From positions 1-41,550 of IMG/VR virus record IMGVR_UViG_3300037991_000803: 41,550 nt of DNA, one strand, 5' to 3'. The notes below the pieces were generated by a model that did not search any database, was not told the origin of the DNA, and saw only the letters and a program-made list of their open reading frames with translations. The position numbers and the translations under genes are program-made. The stretch comes from a virus. Its lineage: Duplodnaviria > Caudoviricetes. Below, one piece after another: positions 1 to 7,174 of the stretch. Each line of letters starts with the position of its first letter. The stretch's first letter is position 1.

Positions 1-1518
1 GTAGCTGTTGGAGCATTTTCTTTAGCTACAAACAACCCAAGTACAAATGAAGATTCATATAACGTAGCAGTTGGTTATAATGCATCAGGTGCAATTACTA
101 CAGGAGCACAAAACACATCTGTTGGTGGTTTAGCTTTAGATGCACTTACTACAGGGACTAGAAATGTTGCTCTAGGTTTTGCTGCTATAAGCACTTCAAC
201 CACTGGTTCAGATAATACAGCTGTTGGTAATCAGGCATTGCTAGAGAATACCACAGGAGCAGAAAATGTAGCTATAGGTTCTTATGCTTTAGATGCGAAC
301 ACTACAGCTGACGATAACGTAGCTGTAGGCTATCAATCACTTACTGATAACACTACAGGTAATTCACTCACAGCTATAGGTAAAACATCTTTAGCAAACA
401 ACACCACAGCAGATTACAACACAGCAGTTGGCTATCAATGCTTGTTTACTAATACTACAGGTGCTAGTAATACAGCTGTTGGTAAAAATGCTTTAGTAAA
501 TGCAACTACAGCTAGCAGCAATACAGTTGTAGGTGCAGACGCAGCAGACGCTATAACTACAGGAGATTTAAACGTAGCAATCGGTAAAGACGCTATGGGA
601 GCTAATACAGTAGGCGATAGAAACGTAGCTGTTGGAGCTAATGCTTTACAAGCATATAACCCATCTACTAATGAAGATTCATACAACGTAGCTATTGGTT
701 TAAATGCTTTATTTGCTGATACCACAGGAAAAAATAATACAGCTGTAGGCGGTAAAGGAGGCGAAGCAGTTACAACAGGACAAGCCAATACTTTTGTAGG
801 TATGGAGGCAGGTGCTTATGCAACTACAGGAGACAATAATACACTTATAGGAAAACAAGCAGGTGCTAATAGCACTAACTTAACAACAGGTGGCGATAAT
901 ACTTTATTAGGTTGTGCTGTTAGAGGTAGTGGTTCTACAGTAAGTAATGAAATAGCTATTGGATTTAATTTTGGTGCAGGTGGAGCTAACACAGCTAGAT
1001 TTGGTATGGGTAGTAATACAGCTACTCTATCCTTAGATGGTTCTGATACTTCATGGGCAGCAGCCTCAGATGAAAGACTAAAAGAAAACATTGAAGATTC
1101 TAAGGCAGGACTAGATTTTATAAATGAACTAAGGGCTATTACCTATAAATGGAAGCCTAAAAAAGATGTACCAGAAGATATGTCTCAGTATGAAGCAGAT
1201 TCAGATGAGCCATGTAAAGGTGAAGGCAAAGTTAATCATGGTTTTGTAGCTCAAGAAGTTAAAGCTGTAATTGATAAATATGAAGATGTTATAGCAGATG
1301 GCCATAATATTTGGAGCGAAGATCCAGATGGCACACAACAAATAGCCTTTGGTAATTTAATGCCAATGATGGTTAAAGCTGTACAAGAATTATCTGCACA
1401 AGTTGAGGAGCTGAAAGAAAACTCTCATACTCCTAAAGACTTACCAGATTTGAAAGGTTATAATGAATTAATTGCAAGAATAGAACTTTTAGAAAAGGAG
1501 AAAGAAAATGGCAGTTAG
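1..1518 (+). CDS. Tail fibre/adhesin (5'-partial) with YadA/Hep-Hag-like repeats and C-terminal peptidase S74 intramolecular chaperone
   Basis: Frame is open from base 1. About 14-aa N-[TV]-A-[VI]-G repeats, then SDERLKENI...GLDFINELRAITYKWK...GFVAQEV...LMPMMVKAVQEL. Confidence 0.9.
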   Translation, partial: VAVGAFSLATNNPSTNEDSYNVAVGYNASGAITTGAQNTSVGGLALDALTTGTRNVALGFAAISTSTTGSDNTAVGNQALLENTTGAENVAIGSYALDANTTADDNVAVGYQSLTDNTTGNSLTAIGKTSLANNTTADYNTAVGYQCLFTNTTGASNTAVGKNALVNATTASSNTVVGADAADAITTGDLNVAIGKDAMGANTVGDRNVAVGANALQAYNPSTNEDSYNVAIGLNALFADTTGKNNTAVGGKGGEAVTTGQANTFVGMEAGAYATTGDNNTLIGKQAGANSTNLTTGGDNTLLGCAVRGSGSTVSNEIAIGFNFGAGGANTARFGMGSNTATLSLDGSDTSWAAASDERLKENIEDSKAGLDFINELRAITYKWKPKKDVPEDMSQYEADSDEPCKGEGKVNHGFVAQEVKAVIDKYEDVIADGHNIWSEDPDGTQQIAFGNLMPMMVKAVQELSAQVEELKENSHTPKDLPDLKGYNELIARIELLEKEKENGS

Positions 1519-1852
1519 TAAAAAAATTGTAAAGTGCGTTCCGTATGTAAACTCATCTAGTAAAGTAGATAAGTGGGACATAGAAATGCAGTATGAAAAT
1601 GATAGTGAAGGTGATTCTACTTATTACACTTCAACTTTCAGCACTGTTGTAGAACAGAAAGATACTGATGCAGATGGGAATGTAACAACTAATTTTGCAC
1701 TTAAAGCTAAAGGTAGTTGGAGTAATGCTGACTTAGTAGCAATATGTCCTGTATCTCAATGGGATGCAGTATTTGCTAGTCAAGTTGCTAGTGTTGTTAC
1801 CAGCCCACCAGCAGTAAGCTCACCAGATAACGACTTTAGCGTACCTAGTTAA
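1508..1852 (+). CDS. Hypothetical fibre-associated protein
   Basis: 114 aa, AAGGAG SD, overlaps the fibre stop. Confidence 0.7.
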   Translation: MAVSKKIVKCVPYVNSSSKVDKWDIEMQYENDSEGDSTYYTSTFSTVVEQKDTDADGNVTTNFALKAKGSWSNADLVAICPVSQWDAVFASQVASVVTSPPAVSSPDNDFSVPS

Positions 1853-1855
1853 TAA

Positions 1856-2572
1856 ATGACAGAACAGACTTTTCAGATGCATGTTATGCCGTCTGTGTTT
1901 GTTTTAGAAACAACCATGCCTCAAAGCATGATTGATTCTGTAAACGATTACATGGATGAATACAAAAAAAATAAAAATCGCAAATCTTTAAAACATTCTT
2001 TAGTTGGCCAAATAGATAAAGGCGAACAGTTGTTACTAGATCATAACGACGACAGAATGGTTGATTACAACAATTTTATTTGTAACCTAGGAGCTGAGTA
2101 TATAAATTATTTTGCTAGTTCAGGTGCTGGCATGAAACTCAAAAATCCTAAACAAGTAATGATAGATGAAACTTGGTCAGTACACAGTTACGATGGAGAC
2201 TACAATCCCATACATGACCACGGCACTAAAACAGTAATGGGAATATCAACTACTGCCTGGACTAAAGTACCAAAACAAATAGGAGCTAAAGCGACTGCTA
2301 ATACACCTACATATTCGCTTTATAACGAGTCTGGACACAGTGATGGCTGCATATCATTTCAATATGGTATGAACTCAGTAATTGATTCAGAAAGACTAAG
2401 ACCACCACAATCCTTTGTAATGACACCAGAAGTAGGTAAACTATTAGTGTTTCCTTCTTGGTTGCAACACATGGTGTACCCATTTAAAGGCAAAGGAGAA
2501 AGAAGAACAATAGCTTCTAATCTTAATTGTTGGGATGTAATACCTAATGAAGAGCCAAAGGAAGTAAATTAA
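1856..2572 (+). CDS. 2OG-Fe(II) oxygenase (phage TIGR02466-like)
   Basis: YNPIHDH (HxD/H), VFPSWLQHMVYP (distal His), GERRTIASN (Arg). Confidence 0.85.
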   Translation: MTEQTFQMHVMPSVFVLETTMPQSMIDSVNDYMDEYKKNKNRKSLKHSLVGQIDKGEQLLLDHNDDRMVDYNNFICNLGAEYINYFASSGAGMKLKNPKQVMIDETWSVHSYDGDYNPIHDHGTKTVMGISTTAWTKVPKQIGAKATANTPTYSLYNESGHSDGCISFQYGMNSVIDSERLRPPQSFVMTPEVGKLLVFPSWLQHMVYPFKGKGERRTIASNLNCWDVIPNEEPKEVN

Positions 2573-2598
2573 TAATCCAAAGTTAAGGAGGTAGTGAC

Positions 2599-2802
2599 AT
2601 GGATGATAAGCAATTTTATATGGCAATCTTTAACATGATTGAGGTATCATGTAAAAGAGGTTGCTGGAATGGCAACGAAATGCTACCTATAGGTCAATTG
2701 AGATCTGAGGTAGAAAGTAGGTTAAAACCTTTTATGAACCTTGAAGGTGAAAAAAGTAAACCTAAAGAAAAAGCAGATAATGCTAAGGAGCAGAAAAAAT
2801 GA
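2599..2802 (+). CDS. Small hypothetical protein (possible fibre assembly factor)
   Basis: Strong SD AAGGAGG, 67 aa. Confidence 0.75.
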   Translation: MDDKQFYMAIFNMIEVSCKRGCWNGNEMLPIGQLRSEVESRLKPFMNLEGEKSKPKEKADNAKEQKK

Positions 2803-2966
2803 TGGATTTTCTTTTAAACGCAATAGGTATTGTTACAGCTATAGTAACAGTATCTTCTTTAATAGCCGCAGCTACACCGACTCCAAAGGATGATGTGTGG
2901 ATCGGAAAACTTTACAAGTTAATTGATTTGTTAGCTTTAAATATTGGTAAGGCGAAAGACAAATGA
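2799..2966 (+). CDS. Small membrane protein, holin-like (absent from ORF track)
   Basis: Manual translation MMDFLLNAIGIVTAIVTVSSLIAAATPTPKDDVWIGKLYKLIDLLALNIGKAKDK; AAGGAG SD; ATGA overlaps at both ends. Confidence 0.75.
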   Translation: MMDFLLNAIGIVTAIVTVSSLIAAATPTPKDDVWIGKLYKLIDLLALNIGKAKDK

Positions 2967-3127
2967 GTTGGTGGAATAAGGTAGTGGATTTCGTGACTGG
3001 CACAGAAAGAAAAAAAGTAAGAGCCAGGAATAAAAAAGGACATTATGTTGGTGATGATAAATCAACACCAGATGTGAATGAGGCTTACACAGAAGTTAGA
3101 GTCAAAAAAAGCACAAAGAAAAAATAA
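2963..3127 (+). CDS. Small basic hypothetical protein (absent from ORF track)
   Basis: Manual translation MSWWNKVVDFVTGTERKKVRARNKKGHYVGDDKSTPDVNEAYTEVRVKKSTKKK; coupled to both neighbours. Confidence 0.7.
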   Translation: MSWWNKVVDFVTGTERKKVRARNKKGHYVGDDKSTPDVNEAYTEVRVKKSTKKK

Positions 3128-3309
3128 TGTCGGATCTCGATAAAGCAATGACAAGGATAGCTGCACATGAAAAAGAATGTGCTATTCGCTATGAAAATAT
3201 AGAGAAAAGACTTGAAGACGGATCTAAAAGATTCGATAAGCTCGAAAACATGATTTGGGCAGTTTATCCTTTTATTGTTGTTGTAGTAGGTTTAGGAGCT
3301 TTACTGTGA
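3127..3309 (+). CDS. XhlA-like coiled-coil plus C-terminal TM protein (holin accessory)
   Basis: HEKECAIRYENIEKRLEDGSKRFDKLE followed by a hydrophobic C-terminus. Confidence 0.65.
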   Translation: MSDLDKAMTRIAAHEKECAIRYENIEKRLEDGSKRFDKLENMIWAVYPFIVVVVGLGALL

Positions 3310-3683
3310 GCGAAAGTAGATTTCAGGGCGATATGGACAGAAATGAGGTTGAAATGGACCTCAATAAGTTTATGGCCATGATTCAAGAAATATCAGAACT
3401 AAAAGACAAGATAAGAGATCTTGAAGCAGATAAAAATGTTAATCCACATCAAAAATGGATCCATCTTGCAAGAGCTGTAGACGCTTGGCGTATATTTCCA
3501 AGAGTTTTCCTCAGTGTGTATATTTTTTTACTCTATTATTCGACCATGTGGTTTATGGCTCTTGAGGATCCTTCACTAGAACAATCTGGATTAATTTCAA
3601 TTATAGTAGGAGCTGGTGCCGCTTGGTTCGGCTTATACGCAGGCACCTCAAACCAATCTAAAAAGTTTAAAGGCGAAGAATAA
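3306..3683 (+). CDS. Putative holin (2 TM)
   Basis: GTG start overlapping the previous stop with GGAG SD; VDAWRIFPR then two TM helices and a charged tail. Confidence 0.6.
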   Translation: MSESRFQGDMDRNEVEMDLNKFMAMIQEISELKDKIRDLEADKNVNPHQKWIHLARAVDAWRIFPRVFLSVYIFLLYYSTMWFMALEDPSLEQSGLISIIVGAGAAWFGLYAGTSNQSKKFKGEE

Positions 3684-3979
3684 TGGAACAAGCTCTGAGC
3701 TTGATTGCCAATCTTGGTCTACCCATAGCAAGTGGTTTGATAATGGGATATTTCATTTTTTTAATAATGAAACAGCTTATGGGTAATTTAGTAGCAGAAA
3801 TTAAAACTGTCCAGGGCATTACTAAAATGCTTATCACTAGAGCTTCAATAATGAACAATGACATTATACGAATTGATACAAGTGTCTCTAGTGCTTTAAA
3901 CTTACCACCAGACCTTGACCGTATAGCTCGTGCAGAAAACTTTGTCGAAGATGGCAAAATTGATGCTCGACGTGATTAA
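3683..3979 (+). CDS. Single-TM membrane protein with coiled coil (module gene 1)
   Basis: LGLPIASGLIMGYFIF TM, then a helical soluble part; TAATG coupling. Confidence 0.7.
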   Translation: MEQALSLIANLGLPIASGLIMGYFIFLIMKQLMGNLVAEIKTVQGITKMLITRASIMNNDIIRIDTSVSSALNLPPDLDRIARAENFVEDGKIDARRD

Positions 3980-4239
3980 TGGATATTGTTGAGTTAGTTC
4001 AGCGTTTTGGCTTTCCAACTATTATGGTGGTTGGCCTTGGCTATTTTGTCTACTATGTCTGGCAAACTATAACTAAAACAATAGATCCATCGGTCCAAGA
4101 AATGAAAAATACAATAATTAGGCTTACAGACCAGCTTCGCCTATTAGACCAAGATATGATACGATTAAAAGAAAAGGTAAACACTGTTCTTGAATTAAAG
4201 GACAAACAGAACGATAAAAATGAAGAAAATAATAGTTAG
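3979..4239 (+). CDS. Single-TM membrane protein with coiled coil (module gene 2, paralogue of gene 1)
   Basis: FGFPTIMVVGLGYFVY TM; DQDMIRL resembles NNDIIRI of the upstream gene. Confidence 0.7.
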   Translation: MDIVELVQRFGFPTIMVVGLGYFVYYVWQTITKTIDPSVQEMKNTIIRLTDQLRLLDQDMIRLKEKVNTVLELKDKQNDKNEENNS

Positions 4240-4666
4240 TTATATTGTATTATTCACAGCACTTATATCAGCAGACGAGATAGTTCATAAATTTAAGAAC
4301 CCAAGTTTTTCGGGCATAGGCACGTCTAGTCACTATCTTACGATAGAGAATCAAGAGTTTAATAGGAAAGCAGATATTGTTGCTGAAATAAAAGCCTTAA
4401 AAGAACAGCAAGAAAGAGACGCTGAAAATACTACCCTAGCGCGTTTTCTTAGAAACTTAGAATCACGCATATACGCGCAGTTATCCAGACAACTTGTTGA
4501 CCAACTTTTTGGTGAAACTCCACAAACTTCTGGAATTTTAGAATTTATGGGGACAATTATTGAGTATTCTGTAAGTGAAGATGGCTTAATGATAACTTTA
4601 AAAATAACGGATGCGGATGGCAATGTCACAGAAATTACCTTACCTATTGGTTCTTTTACTTTCTAG
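4220..4666 (+). CDS. csgF: Curli assembly protein CsgF
   Basis: Signal peptide, mature start EIVHKFKNPSFSG (CsgF F-x-NP-x-F-x-G), FLRNLESRIYAQLS, C-terminal ITDADGNVTEITLP. Confidence 0.85.
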   Translation: MKKIIVSYIVLFTALISADEIVHKFKNPSFSGIGTSSHYLTIENQEFNRKADIVAEIKALKEQQERDAENTTLARFLRNLESRIYAQLSRQLVDQLFGETPQTSGILEFMGTIIEYSVSEDGLMITLKITDADGNVTEITLPIGSFTF

Positions 4667-5432
4667 TTGTAGTTTACTTAACGTAGATAAAGACACTTAC
4701 GCACAAAGGTTTCCCAGTAAAAATCTTGATGTCCCATTTGAATTACCTGTTTCCCAGGAGTTAATTGACGTAAAGCCACCAACTGTAATGCCTGTAGTAG
4801 CGGTATATCCTGCGGCTTTTATGGATCAAACAGGTCAAAGAAAAAGTAATAGTTCTTTTGCTTTATTCTCAAGCGCTATCACTCAACAGCCTTCTGCTTT
4901 ATTAATAAGAAGCCTAAAACAAGTTTCTAATGGACGTTTTTTTCGTGTAGTCGAAAGATTGGGCCTAGATAACTTAACAAAAGAACGCCAGCTGATTCGC
5001 TCAACTCGCGAACAATTGCAAGATGAAAATATTTTAATGCCTTTACTATTTGCTGGTGTTTTGTTTGAAGGAGCAGTTGTATCTTATGAAACGAATTTAA
5101 ACAGCGGAGGTATTGGCGCACGCTATCTTGGTATCGGCTCTAGCGAAATGTATCGGACCGATGTTGTTACTGTAAGCCTTAGATTGGTAAGCGTTAATAC
5201 AGGAGAAATTTTAATAGAATCAACTAAAACTAAAACTATTTATAGTCATGGATCTTCACAAGATGTGTTCAAATTCATTGAAGCTGGCACTGAGCTAGTA
5301 GAGATAGAAGTGGGTAGGGCCAGCAATGAGAGCAGCACCATAGCTTTACAAAAGTCAATAGAAAGTGCATTATTAGATATTATTAATATCGGTTTTGACC
5401 GAGGGTATTGGAAATATGAAAAGGTTAATTAA
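4623..5432 (+). CDS. csgG: Curli secretion channel lipoprotein CsgG
   Basis: Lipobox LLLSSC; VAVY...DQTGQRK; FRVVERLGLDNLTKERQLIRSTR; PLLFAG...YETN..SGGIGARYLGIG; DVVTVSLRLVSVNTGEI; C-terminal YW. Confidence 0.93.
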   Translation: MSQKLPYLLVLLLSSCSLLNVDKDTYAQRFPSKNLDVPFELPVSQELIDVKPPTVMPVVAVYPAAFMDQTGQRKSNSSFALFSSAITQQPSALLIRSLKQVSNGRFFRVVERLGLDNLTKERQLIRSTREQLQDENILMPLLFAGVLFEGAVVSYETNLNSGGIGARYLGIGSSEMYRTDVVTVSLRLVSVNTGEILIESTKTKTIYSHGSSQDVFKFIEAGTELVEIEVGRASNESSTIALQKSIESALLDIINIGFDRGYWKYEKVN

Positions 5433-6141
5433 TATAGTTTTATTAGTATCTTTGTCTGTTTTAGCAGACAATGAAATAAGCGTCTCGCAGGCAGGAGACA
5501 ACGCAAATATAGACTTGGAACAATTAGGCAGCAGCAACCTAATTGGTGGAACCGACGCTACATCTGGTAGTATGACTTTCTTAGACCTTGATGGCTCATC
5601 TATGACATTAGACATAAATCAAATTGGCTCATCAAACATTTTTAGGTCTGACGCAATTGATGGCGACAACATAACAGGTTTTTTTGAGTTTGACGGAGAT
5701 TCAAACGTTTGGGACCTTTTAGTAAATAGCACAGGCCTAATTTCTAGTGATTACATCAACCTTAACATTGACGTAACTGGCTCATCTAATGTAGCGGATA
5801 TAAAAATTGCAGAAGATGCTGATTCTTCATATTTGGATTTGGATTGGATAATATTGGGCGATTCTAATGAATTTGATATAGATATAGATTATTCAAATGC
5901 AGTAAACTACATTGATGTAAACGGAAATAGCAATGACATAACTTTTGCAGGTAGTGGTTATAGTGGCACTACATCAGCTGACAGCGGTTATTTTTATTTA
6001 GATTTAGATGGAAGTACAAATACAATCGACATTACACAGTCAAGCACCTTGGCAAGGGATTGGCTTAAAATCATTACTAATACTTCTAATTCTAACATCT
6101 GTGTCGTTCAAAACGACGGGGGAACCACAACAGGGTGTTAG
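5416..6141 (+). CDS. Secreted curlin-like beta-repeat protein
   Basis: Signal peptide; repeated [QD]-x-G-x-x-N units (SQAGDNAN, EQLGSSN, NQIGSSN, DGDSN, TGSSN, LGDSN, NGNSN, DGSTN); adjacent to csgG; C-terminal Cys pair. Confidence 0.7.
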   Translation: MKRLINIVLLVSLSVLADNEISVSQAGDNANIDLEQLGSSNLIGGTDATSGSMTFLDLDGSSMTLDINQIGSSNIFRSDAIDGDNITGFFEFDGDSNVWDLLVNSTGLISSDYINLNIDVTGSSNVADIKIAEDADSSYLDLDWIILGDSNEFDIDIDYSNAVNYIDVNGNSNDITFAGSGYSGTTSADSGYFYLDLDGSTNTIDITQSSTLARDWLKIITNTSNSNICVVQNDGGTTTGC

Positions 6142-7174
6142 AATTGGTGGCGTATCTGAATTAAACGGCAATGCCTCAATAGTCAGAGATCAAAACTATC
6201 CTGCTGAACTAGATTTTTCTATTCAACAAGAAGACCAAGCAGAAACAGCAAATGGTCGTATGGCAATCACATTTCTTGATGATAGCCGTGTAAGTCTTAC
6301 AGAAAACTCAAAACTAAAAATAACAAAATACATATTTGATCCAAACCCTGATAAATCAGAGTTAGGTATTAGATTTACATTGGGCACAGCAAGGTTTGTT
6401 ACAGGAAAGTTTAATAAAATATCTAAACAAAATATTCAACTAGAAACACCGACTGCTAATATCGCAATTCGCGGCACATCGTTTACGACTACCGTTGATG
6501 AATTGGGCCGTAGTTTAATCATTCTCTTACCAGACGAATTTGGCTTATCAAGCGGTGAGATTGAAGTTACGACAGCTGCTGGTACAGTTTTATTATCAAA
6601 ACCTTTTGAGGCTACTACAGTAGATGTTTTTGAATCTTCACCATCTAAGCCTGTAATTTTAGACCTAGACCTTAATATTATTGACAATTTATTAATTGTT
6701 AATCCACCAAAAGAAAAAGAAATGATAGATGAAATAGAAAATGTATCACAAGAAACAGATATTCTTGATTTTAATGAACTTGATATAGACTACTTAGCCG
6801 AAGATTTTTTAGACAATGAAGCTGATTTAGAATTTACTGAGCTAGACATCAATTACTTAGACACTAATTTTCTCGAAGATCTTTTAGATATTATTGATGA
6901 ACTTGCAATTGCAGAAGAAGAAGATCAGCTAGCTTTAGCTACTTCTACAATAATATCTGGTACGGCTTTAGGACAAGATCCAGATACACAAATAATTACA
7001 TTTATAGATGGCGAAATAGTAAACATACAAAGATCTGTTACACAAACAGCAAATCTTAGACTAAACATAGCTAACTCTTATACTGTAATATTTATACAAG
7101 ACGGAGTAAGTAAAACAATTAAGATTAACGGTGGCAGTAGCTCAACCATTACAATAAGACAAAGCGCAGGATGA
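6008..7174 (+). CDS. FecR-domain periplasmic protein with acidic C-terminal region (start uncertain)
   Basis: ETANGRMAITFLDDSRVSLTENSKLKI...GTARFVTG...TPTANIAIRGTSF is the FecR-domain pattern; hydrophobic N-terminal segment. Confidence 0.85.
   Translation: MEVQIQSTLHSQAPWQGIGLKSLLILLILTSVSFKTTGEPQQGVRIGGVSELNGNASIVRDQNYPAELDFSIQQEDQAETANGRMAITFLDDSRVSLTENSKLKITKYIFDPNPDKSELGIRFTLGTARFVTGKFNKISKQNIQLETPTANIAIRGTSFTTTVDELGRSLIILLPDEFGLSSGEIEVTTAAGTVLLSKPFEATTVDVFESSPSKPVILDLDLNIIDNLLIVNPPKEKEMIDEIENVSQETDILDFNELDIDYLAEDFLDNEADLEFTELDINYLDTNFLEDLLDIIDELAIAEEEDQLALATSTIISGTALGQDPDTQIITFIDGEIVNIQRSVTQTANLRLNIANSYTVIFIQDGVSKTIKINGGSSSTITIRQSAG

Noticed and set aside
238-240. TTG start for the tail fibre
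   Set aside because: The frame and its repeats continue to base 1; the gene is truncated by the window
1-1518. Diversity-generating retroelement target in the fibre
   Set aside because: No reverse transcriptase or adenine-specific TR/VR pair in the window
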